This document shows, piece by piece, positions 7,997 to 15,483 of a DNA stretch of 26,799 nucleotides. Below the pieces are notes generated by a model. That model did not search any database. It was not told the origin of the DNA and saw only the letters and a list, made by a program, of their open reading frames with translations. A program made the translations under genes and the position numbers. The stretch comes from Deferrisomatales bacterium (GTDB lineage Bacteria > Desulfobacterota > Deferrisomatia > Deferrisomatales > JACRMM01), in the NCBI GenBank assembly GCA_033551855.1, contig JAWSUI010000049.1, forward strand, positions 1-26,799, written 5' to 3'. The stretch's first letter is position 1; each line of letters opens with the position of its first letter.

Positions 7997-8622
7997 TGCG
8001 CCCGGCGCCCTGCAGGAGACCGCGAATCGCCGTCCTCCTCGCCGTGCTCGTGACCTCGGGCTGCCTGGGAAAGGGGACCGTGGAGCCCACGCGGCACTTC
8101 CTCCTGGAGGCGCTTCCGGCCCCCGTGGCGGCGGGTGTGGACGGACCCTCGATCGGGGTGGGGCCGGTGAGCCTGCCGGAGTACGCGGACCGGCCGCAGC
8201 TCGTGACGCGCGCGGGCGACAACGAGATCGAGGTGGCCGCGTTCGCCCGGTGGGCCGCCCCCCTGAGGGAGCAGGTGGCGCGCACCCTGGCCGAGAACCT
8301 CTCGGCGCTGCTCGGCGTGGATCGGGTGGCGGTGTTCCCGTGGTGGGAGCCGGACGGGGTCGACTACCGGGTCGTCGTGGACATCCACCGGTTCGAGGCG
8401 GACGCTGCCGGAAACGCCTTGCTGGCGGCTCGTTGGAGGCTCCATCGGAAGGGGCGGGTGGAGCCCGTGGCGAGCGGAAGGTCGGAGTATGCGGCCCCTG
8501 CGGGCGCGAAGGGGCACGGCGCGTTCGCGGCCGCGCAGAGCCGATCCCTCCAGGGCTTGAGCGGCGAGATCGCCGCTGCCATCCGGGAGGAGGCCCCCGG
8601 GGGCCCGGGGGGCAACCCGTGA
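7993..8622 (+). CDS. PqiC-like ABC transport auxiliary lipoprotein
   Basis: Lipobox TSG-C; IGVGPV.LPEY.DRPQLVTR, RWAAPL, V.VDI.RFE motifs; overlaps the upstream stop. Confidence 0.9.
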   Translation: MMRPAPCRRPRIAVLLAVLVTSGCLGKGTVEPTRHFLLEALPAPVAAGVDGPSIGVGPVSLPEYADRPQLVTRAGDNEIEVAAFARWAAPLREQVARTLAENLSALLGVDRVAVFPWWEPDGVDYRVVVDIHRFEADAAGNALLAARWRLHRKGRVEPVASGRSEYAAPAGAKGHGAFAAAQSRSLQGLSGEIAAAIREEAPGGPGGNP

Positions 8623-8654
8623 CCGAGGGGGGACGCGGTGCGCGGGGCCTTCAA

Positions 8655-8773
8655 CCGGGCCCTTCCGGAAACCCAGTGGGTCAATCCAGGGCAAGAACGA
8701 TCTCGCGCAGAGCCGCTGGGGCGCCGAGGAACTCTTTGTCTTTCCCGGCGCCTCTGCGCCACTGCGCGAGAAC
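8655..8773 (+). repeat. Dispersed repeat copy B (complete, with long hairpin)
   Basis: Same family as 68-148 and 25831-25923. TCTCGCGCAG (8701-8710) pairs with CTGCGCGAGA (8762-8771); lies between convergent genes. Confidence 0.9.
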
Positions 8774-8813
8774 CCGATGGTTCCTCGCACCCACGGAAGA
8801 CCCGGAAGCCCCT

Positions 8814-9608
8814 TCAACCGAGCTGGAAGCACCGCATGGAGATCGAAGCGTTCTGCATCCCCTCGTGGGCGAAGGTGAGCGGCTCGCCCTCCTCCCGGAG
8901 CGCGAGCGCGTAGATCATGGGGAGGTAGTGGTCGAGGGTCGGCACCGCCAGGGGAGCGCTCGGGCCCAGGGTTCCGAAGTCGATCAGGCTCTCGTGGTCG
9001 TCCGCGACGAGGCACTCCCCGGCCCGTTCGTCGAATTCCAGCGCCCAGGGGTAGGGCGGGGCGTCCATGTCCCGGAAGTCGATGGCGGAGAGGTTGTGGA
9101 CGATGTTCCCGCTCCCGACCACGAGCACCCCGCGGTCGCGAAGGGGCCGCAGGTCCTTCGCCAGGTCGTAGTGGTACCGCACCGGCTTCGGGTGCCGGTC
9201 GTTGAACGAGTAGTCGATGCTGAGCTGGAAGACCGGCACGTCGGCCCCGGGGAAGAGGTGCCGGAGCACCGACCAGGCCCCGTGGTCGAGGCCCCACTCG
9301 TCGTCGCACGCCACCGGCGCCCGCCCCACGGCCCGGGTGAGGTGCTCGGCCTCCTCCGGGGCGCCGGGGCTGGGGTAGGCGACGGCGTAGAGCTCCTCGG
9401 GGAACCCGTAGAAGTCGTGGATCGTCCGGGGCCGCGGCGTGCACGAGACGAAGGTCCCGTCCGTGAGCCAGTGGGCGGAGACGACCAGGACCGCCCGGGG
9501 CCGCGGCAGGCGCCGTCCCCACTCCCGCAGGCTGCGGGTGAAGGGGTTGTCGAGGACGACGTTCATCGGCGAGCCGTGGCCGACGAACAAGGCGGGCATC
9601 TTCGCCAT
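8814..9608 (-). CDS. ygiD: YgiD / 4,5-DOPA dioxygenase extradiol (LigB family)
   Basis: MPALFVGHGSPMN, SAHW, TIHDFYGFP.ELY, GLDHGAWSVL, GSGNIVHNL, AVPT.DHYLP, ISMRC; AAGGAG RBS before ATG 9608. Confidence 0.93.
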   Translation of the reverse strand: MAKMPALFVGHGSPMNVVLDNPFTRSLREWGRRLPRPRAVLVVSAHWLTDGTFVSCTPRPRTIHDFYGFPEELYAVAYPSPGAPEEAEHLTRAVGRAPVACDDEWGLDHGAWSVLRHLFPGADVPVFQLSIDYSFNDRHPKPVRYHYDLAKDLRPLRDRGVLVVGSGNIVHNLSAIDFRDMDAPPYPWALEFDERAGECLVADDHESLIDFGTLGPSAPLAVPTLDHYLPMIYALALREEGEPLTFAHEGMQNASISMRCFQLG

Positions 9609-9727
9609 GGGGTTCTCCTTCAGGGGGCCCGCGGGGCGCGGGTGCTCCCACCGAGGGCCGCCGCGCATCCCGGTGCGGGGCCGGGAGCCTCACCACGGCC
9701 GGGGCTGCGCGTGTCCGAGCCTGCACG

Positions 9728-9756
9728 TTGACAGGCGGGGCCCTCCCTGCTATCCA
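9728..9756 (+). promoter_or_regulatory. Putative sigma70 promoter for the CQLGCF protein
   Basis: TTGACA-N17-TATCCA with extended TG at -15. Confidence 0.45.
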
Positions 9757-9850
9757 TCCTCCGACAGCGCCGAGGGCGCCGCCGCCCCCCGCGGGCGGCT
9801 CCCCAGGCCCCGCGCGGGCCCCCTCCCTGCACAGGACGAGGAATCCGATC

Positions 9851-10315
9851 ATGCCATGCTTCACCGACGCCGACCGGAAGAAGAAGGGTGGCAGGATCCA
9901 GCTGCCGGAAAACCCGGGGAACCTCTCCGCGGACGCCCTGTCCCGGCTGGAGGACGCCGTGCGTGCGGCCGTCCGGGAGGGGGGCGTCCCCTGTGCCGGC
10001 GCGTGGACCGTGGCGCGGCAGGCCGGCGTCTCCCGGCTGGACGTCGGGGTGGCCGTCGACCGGCTCGGCCTCCGCGTGACCGACTGCCAGCTCGGGTGCT
10101 TCCAGGTGTCCAAGACCCCCTACGCCGGCCCGCGGGGGGACGCCCCCGAGGACGAGACGGCCCGCCGTGTCGCCGCCCTGCAGGCCGCCGGCGGCCTCAC
10201 CTGCGCCGCCGTCTTCGAGCTCGCCCGGGAGCTGGGCCGGAAACCCCTGGTGGTGGCCGACGCCGCCAACGTCCGCGGCTACAAGATCCGCGAGTGCCAG
10301 CTCGGCTGCTTCTAG
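9851..10315 (+). CDS. Hypothetical cysteine protein with two C..A..(V/L)A...CQLGCF repeats (154 aa)
   Basis: Internal duplication: VPCAGAWTVA...RVTDCQLGCF and LTCAAVFELA...KIRECQLGCF*; GAGG RBS before ATG 9851. Confidence 0.85.
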   Translation: MPCFTDADRKKKGGRIQLPENPGNLSADALSRLEDAVRAAVREGGVPCAGAWTVARQAGVSRLDVGVAVDRLGLRVTDCQLGCFQVSKTPYAGPRGDAPEDETARRVAALQAAGGLTCAAVFELARELGRKPLVVADAANVRGYKIRECQLGCF

Positions 10316-10439
10316 GGTTCGATTTCGATCTGTGTGGGTTTCCACCGGGCCCGAGCTCTCGGCGATGGACCCCTAGGGTGGGGCACCGCCCACCGCAACC
10401 CCTCGAACGGAACGGTCGGCGCGGGGGCTCCGCCGGCTC

Positions 10440-11786
10440 TCAGCCCCGGGCCGGCGCCGCCGGGGGCCTCACGTAGCCCCACTCCACGAGCCGGTTGTAG
10501 CAGTACTCGGCCACCGGGCCCTGCTGGACCTTCTGCAGCACGGCCGCGTAGGCCCGGGCCGCGTCGTCCCTCCTCCCCTGGGCCTCGAAGTTGCGGCCGC
10601 GGTAGAAGGTGACCTGGGGTTGATCCGGCACCAGCCGGTCGGCGGCGTCCAGGTGCCCGAGACTCTCCGGGTGTTTCTTGAGCTCGAAGGCCAGGGCGCC
10701 GGCCACGTACCGGGCCTGGTAGAGGTCCGGGTAGAGGGTCGCGGCCCGCTGCGCCGACGCGTAGGCGTCCTCGGTCTTTTCGGCCCGCGCCTCCGCCGCG
10801 GCCTTGTGGACCCAGATGAGGGCTTGGTCCGGGGCCAGGCGCGCCGCCTCCCCGAGCAGCGCCAGGGCTTCCTGGTTGTTCTTGGCCGCCAGGGCCTTGC
10901 GCCCCTCGTCCATCTTCGCGTAGGCGGGGGCTACCGCCCGGAGCCGCTCGGTGGCCCGGCGGAAGGGCTCCTCGCCCAGGGCCTCCCGGGTCCGGAGGCT
11001 CGCCGGCGCCGTGGCCGCCAGGTTCTGGACGGTGGCGACGCGCTCGGAGGAAAGGGGGTGGCTGGAGAAGAGGGTCTCCACGGCGGACGGCTCCCGGTCG
11101 TGGGCCGACATCAGGATCTCCATGGTCTGGACCAGCCCTTCCGGGTTGTACCCCGCCTGGGTCATGTACTGAAACCCCAGGGCGTCGGATTCCCGCTCCT
11201 GGTCCCGGCTGTACTTGCTCAACACCAGGCTCGTGGCCAACATGCCGCCTTGGGCGATCAGGTCGCCCCCCCCGACGTTGGCCGTCTGGAGGACCGTCAC
11301 CCCCGCCGCGGTGACCAGCCCGGCCAGCACCTGGCGGGTGTAGCCGGCCGCGCCGTGGCGGGCCGTCACGTGGCCCACCTCGTGCCCGAGCACACCGGCC
11401 AGCTGGGCTTCGTTGGTCATCCGGTTGAGCAGGCCGCGGGTGATGGAGACCTTCCCCCCCGGCAGGGCGTAGGCGTTGATCTCCGAGCTGTTGACGACGT
11501 TGAACTCGTAGGGCAGGTCCGGGCGGTGGCTGACCCGGCCGAGCCGCTCGCCGACGGCCTGGACGTAGGCCTGGAGTTCCGGCTCCTGGAAGAGCCCCTC
11601 GGACATCTGGGTGTAGAGGGGATAGGCCTCTTCCCCGATGCGGAGCTCCTGGGCTTCGCTCATCAGGGAGAACTGCTGGCGGCCCGTGACCGGGTTGACC
11701 GCGCAGCCGTAGAGGAGGATCATCGCGACCCCCAGGAGCCGCGCGCCGTACCGTGAGCCCCTCGATCGAAACGCCTGTCTTCCCAT
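10440..11786 (-). CDS. M48-family metalloprotease lipoprotein with C-terminal TPR repeats (BepA/YfgC-like)
   Basis: Lipobox LYG-C then AVNPVTG; INAYALPGG, HEVGH zinc motif, YSRDQERESD, SSHP; Ala-rich TPR-like C-terminus; GGAGG RBS before ATG 11786. Confidence 0.92.
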   Translation of the reverse strand: MGRQAFRSRGSRYGARLLGVAMILLYGCAVNPVTGRQQFSLMSEAQELRIGEEAYPLYTQMSEGLFQEPELQAYVQAVGERLGRVSHRPDLPYEFNVVNSSEINAYALPGGKVSITRGLLNRMTNEAQLAGVLGHEVGHVTARHGAAGYTRQVLAGLVTAAGVTVLQTANVGGGDLIAQGGMLATSLVLSKYSRDQERESDALGFQYMTQAGYNPEGLVQTMEILMSAHDREPSAVETLFSSHPLSSERVATVQNLAATAPASLRTREALGEEPFRRATERLRAVAPAYAKMDEGRKALAAKNNQEALALLGEAARLAPDQALIWVHKAAAEARAEKTEDAYASAQRAATLYPDLYQARYVAGALAFELKKHPESLGHLDAADRLVPDQPQVTFYRGRNFEAQGRRDDAARAYAAVLQKVQQGPVAEYCYNRLVEWGYVRPPAAPARG

Positions 11787-11884
11787 AGCCTTTTCCCTCC
11801 GCCCGCGCCCCTGGCCGAACGAGTGTCCGCAACAAATCCTACCCCGTACCCCCGGGACCGACAAGGACCCCCCAGAGGAAACCC

Positions 11885-14449
11885 ATGACGACCCACCCAC
11901 CCGCCGGCCTTCCCCCGAGCCTCTCCTTTCGCAAGAAGTACCAGGGGCTTCTGGGGGTGCGCTCCAAGATGCCCATCCGGGACACCTCGGTCCTCTCCCG
12001 CCTGTACACCCCGGGGGTGGGGGCGTGCTGCCTGGCCATCGCCGAGGACGAGGACGCCTCCCTCGACCTCACCTGCCGGGGGGACAACGTGGCCCTCGTC
12101 ACGGACGGGTCGGCCCTGTACGGCCTGGGGGACGTGCCGTCCCTGGCGGCGCTGCCCATGCTCGAGGCGCGGGCCGTCCTGTTCAAGACCTTCGCCAACG
12201 TCGACGCCTTTCCCCTGGCCCTGACGACGAAGGACGCCGACGACATCACCGAGCTCGTCCGCCTGCTCACGCCCACCTTCGGGGGTGTGGTCCTGGACGA
12301 CATCGGCGCCCCGAAGTGCTTCTCGGTGGAGTACCGGCTGCGGCGGGCCCTCCCGGTCCCGGTCCTCGACGGGGACCAGCACGCCACCGGGATCGTGGTG
12401 GCCGCGGCCCTCCTCAATGCGCTGAAGGCCGTGGGCAAGACGCTGCCCGAGGTGAAGATCGTCATCGCCGGGGCGGGTGCCTCGGGAACGGGCACCGCCC
12501 GTCGCCTCCTCCGCCTGGGGGCCCGCAACGTGATCCTCTGCGACACCCGGGGGGTTCTCCACACCCAGCGCATGCAGAACATGAACTGGGCCAAGATCCT
12601 CCTGGCCCGGCGCACGAACCCGGGGCGGATCCGCGGCTCGCTGGAGGAGGCGGTTCAGGGCGCCGACGTCCTCATCGGCCTGGCGGCCCCCGGCTGTGTG
12701 AGTGCCGACATGGTGCGGTCCATGGCCGAGCGGGCCGTGGTCTTCGCCCTGGCTCTTCCCGAGCCGGAGATCGGGCCGGAGGAGGCGCTGGCGGCGGGTG
12801 CGGCGGTGTACGCGTCGGGGACGAGCGTCTTCCCGGTCCAGATCCGATCGTCGACGGTGAGCCCGGGCTTCATGCGCGGCTGCCTCGACGCCCGGGTCAC
12901 CGACATCAACAACGCCATGTTCAATGCGGCGGTTCGGGCGATCGCCGAGCTCGTGCCCGAGCGCAAGGTCGCGGCCCACCGCATCCTGCCCGACCCCCTG
13001 GACCTCTCGGTGGGGCCCGCCGTCGCGGAGGCGGTCGCTCGGGCCGCGGTCGAGAGCGGCCTGGCTCGGCGCACCCCGCCGCCGGGGGAGATCGCCGAGC
13101 GGCTGCGGCGGTTTCTCTACGAAGGGGAGGGAGCCTGGTACGAGGCGTCGGACCAGGCGCGGGTGCGGCGCGGCGCGGGCGTGGACGCCGAGTCCCTGGA
13201 CCTGCACCGCAAGTACCACGGCTGCGTCGAGGTGGGCGTCAAGATCCCCATGCGCGACGAGCACATCTTCGTGGAGCTGTACTCCCCGAAGGCCGCCGTG
13301 GAACCCGCCCGCGAGATCATCGCGGACCCGGCCAAGGTCTACGAGTACACGGCGAAGAGGAACCTGGTGGCGGTCGTCTCCGACGGCTCGGCGGTCCTGG
13401 GCTTCGGCAACATCGGCCCCTGGGCGGCGCTGCCCGTGATGGAGGGCAAGTCGATCCTCTTCAAGACCTTCGGAGGGGTGGAGGCCTACCCCCTGTGCCT
13501 CGCCACCCAGGACGTGGACGAGCTCGTGGCCGCCGTCCAGGGGCTCTCCCCGGCCTTCGGGGGGATCAACCTGGAGGACATCTCGGCCCCCCGGTGCTTC
13601 GAGGTGGAGAGCCGCCTCCAGGCGGCCCTCGACATCCCCGTGTTCCACGACGACCAGCACGGGACGGCGGTGGTGACCCTGGCGGGGCTCCTCAACGCCC
13701 TGAGGCTGCGGGAAACCCCGCTGCCCCAGGTGCGGATCGTCGTGAACGGGGCGGGTGCCGCCTCCCTGGCCGTGACCAAGCTGCTGCTCGACGCCGGGGC
13801 CCGGGACGTGGTGGTGTGCGACCGCAACGGGGCGATCTACAAGGGACGCAGGAAGGGGATGAACCCCTACAAGGACGAGGTCGCCGCCCGCTCGAACCCG
13901 GACCTGCGCAAGGGGGACCTGTCTGCCGTGCTGGAGGGGGCGGACGTCTTCCTGGGCCTCTCGGTGGCCGGCGCACTGACCCCGCCGATGGTCCGGTCCA
14001 TGGCTGCGGACCCCGTGGTGTTCGCCCTGGCCAACCCCGTGCCCGAGATCCTCCCCGCCGAGGCGGCGGAGGCCGGGGCGTGGCTGGTGGCCACCGGCCG
14101 GAGCGACTTCCCGAACCAGGTCAACAACTGCCTCGCCTTCCCCGGGATCTTCCGCGGCGCCCTGGACGTGCGGGCCACCCGCATCGACGAGGGGATGAAG
14201 ATCGCGGCGGCCCAGGCCATCGCCCAGGCCGTGGCCCCGGAACGCCTGGCCCCGGACCACATCATCCCCGACGCCATGGACTTCTCGGTGCCCCCCCGGG
14301 TGGCGGAGGCCGTGGCCCGGGCCGCCCAGGCCTCCGGTGTGGCCCGGGCGGCCGTCCCGCCCGAGGAGGTGGGGCGGCGGCTCACGGAGTACATCTACGA
14401 GGAGCGGCTCGTGGGGGAGTGGGGGGCGGAGGACGAGAGGGCCGGGTGA
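11885..14449 (+). CDS. Tandem double malic enzyme (two small NAD(P)-malic enzyme modules; N-module degenerate, C-module canonical)
   Basis: C-module (from ~13180) has MEGKSILFK, INLEDI, HDDQHGT, NGAGAA, ANPVPEI and ATGRSDFPNQVNN. The N-module is collinear but altered at these motifs. No PTA domain. Confidence 0.93.
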   Translation: MTTHPPAGLPPSLSFRKKYQGLLGVRSKMPIRDTSVLSRLYTPGVGACCLAIAEDEDASLDLTCRGDNVALVTDGSALYGLGDVPSLAALPMLEARAVLFKTFANVDAFPLALTTKDADDITELVRLLTPTFGGVVLDDIGAPKCFSVEYRLRRALPVPVLDGDQHATGIVVAAALLNALKAVGKTLPEVKIVIAGAGASGTGTARRLLRLGARNVILCDTRGVLHTQRMQNMNWAKILLARRTNPGRIRGSLEEAVQGADVLIGLAAPGCVSADMVRSMAERAVVFALALPEPEIGPEEALAAGAAVYASGTSVFPVQIRSSTVSPGFMRGCLDARVTDINNAMFNAAVRAIAELVPERKVAAHRILPDPLDLSVGPAVAEAVARAAVESGLARRTPPPGEIAERLRRFLYEGEGAWYEASDQARVRRGAGVDAESLDLHRKYHGCVEVGVKIPMRDEHIFVELYSPKAAVEPAREIIADPAKVYEYTAKRNLVAVVSDGSAVLGFGNIGPWAALPVMEGKSILFKTFGGVEAYPLCLATQDVDELVAAVQGLSPAFGGINLEDISAPRCFEVESRLQAALDIPVFHDDQHGTAVVTLAGLLNALRLRETPLPQVRIVVNGAGAASLAVTKLLLDAGARDVVVCDRNGAIYKGRRKGMNPYKDEVAARSNPDLRKGDLSAVLEGADVFLGLSVAGALTPPMVRSMAADPVVFALANPVPEILPAEAAEAGAWLVATGRSDFPNQVNNCLAFPGIFRGALDVRATRIDEGMKIAAAQAIAQAVAPERLAPDHIIPDAMDFSVPPRVAEAVARAAQASGVARAAVPPEEVGRRLTEYIYEERLVGEWGAEDERAG

Positions 14450-14737
14450 GGGGGGTGGGGGCTGGGCCGGGGAGCCCCTGCGCTGCGCCCCGCGATCCGC
14501 GATCCTTCGAAGGGGTGTCCCCGCAGGCCCCGGTGCGGCGGGCCGCACCCGCCTGCGAGGGGAGCGGCGGGTCGGTCGAGGCGGCGCGGGGCTGCGCTCC
14601 GGGGTTCCCCGGCCCAGCCCCCGCCCCCCACCGCACGGGAACCGCCCGCCCTACGGTTTCATCCGTCCGGGGGACGGAACCTCAAGGGCACCTCACTTGG
14701 GGATCATCCGGGAAACGACCGGGTGCTCGTGTCCAGG

Positions 14738-14896
14738 GACGATCGGGTGGGCCCGACCACGCAGGCGGACGGCCGCTCGACGGGAGCAGCCGCTTCGGGC
14801 GTTGCGATGCCTCGAGGATTCCGGACGCGGCGGGGGAGAACACCCACCGTGCAGCCCGGCCTCGTCTGCCGGAGTGGGCGGGCCCACCCGGTCGTC
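14738..14896. repeat. Long imperfect inverted repeat (34-bp arms) in the convergent intergenic region
   Basis: GACGATCGGGTGGGCCCGACCACGCAGGCGGACG (14738-14771) versus the reverse complement of 14863-14896, GACGACCGGGTGGGCCCGCCCACTCCGGCAGACG. Confidence 0.8.
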
Positions 14897-14909
14897 TACC
14901 GGCAGAACC

Positions 14910-15398
14910 TCACTTGGTCAGGCGCACCAGGAGCACCGGCGCGTTCGCCCGCTGCATCACCCGGTGTGCCGTCGTGCCGAGCAGGATCTCCCCGACCGCC
15001 GTGTGGCCGTGGGAGCCCATGACGATGAGGTCGGGCTGGAGGCGCGCGGCCTCGTCGAGGATCACCTCCGGGGGCCGGCCTTCCAGGATCCGGATGTCCG
15101 CCACCCGGTCCCGCCCCTGGGGGTCGGTGCAGAGCTCCTCGGTGCAGAAGAGCTCCAGGCGCTGGCGCACCGTGTCCCGGACCCTCTCGACGGCTTCCCC
15201 GTGGAGCTTGGCGGTCTGCTCCTTGCTCACGTAGAGGTCGACCATGCTCTTCGCGAAGGGGCTCAGGGGCTCCAGGGCGTGGACGATCACGATCCGGCCC
15301 CCGTACTGCTGGGCCAGGCTCATGGCGTAGTGGAAGACCTTCGGCGAGTGCTCCGAGAGGTCGGTGGCGTAGAGGATCGTCTGGATCTTCGGCAGCAT
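14910..15398 (-). CDS. Universal stress protein (UspA family)
   Basis: ILYATDLSE.S, I.IVHALE, G.P..VIL, DLIVMGSHG, LLGTTAHRVM..A..PVLLV; AAGGAGG RBS. Confidence 0.95.
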   Translation of the reverse strand: MLPKIQTILYATDLSEHSPKVFHYAMSLAQQYGGRIVIVHALEPLSPFAKSMVDLYVSKEQTAKLHGEAVERVRDTVRQRLELFCTEELCTDPQGRDRVADIRILEGRPPEVILDEAARLQPDLIVMGSHGHTAVGEILLGTTAHRVMQRANAPVLLVRLTK

Positions 15399-15483
15399 CT
15401 GGGTTCCTCCTTCCGAGGGTCGGCCATCGTGCTGCCCGACCGTCTACCACAACGGCGGCGCGCCGGCCAGCGCCGGGCCGCCC

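Noticed and set aside
4364..10113. Long ORFs 4364-6853, 4413-6665, 6476-7939, 7933-10113 and 8250-9731
   Set aside because: Alternative-frame or antisense shadows of the mla/pqi and ygiD genes.
14738..14896. 6S RNA or other known ncRNA
   Set aside because: It has a long closing stem, but I see no recognisable 6S central bubble/apical stem or usual gene context; kept only as an unexplained foldback.
11720..15234. Long ORFs 12025-15234 (+) and 11720-14548 (-)
   Set aside because: Shadow frames of the malic enzyme gene caused by stop-codon scarcity at high GC; no recognisable motifs.
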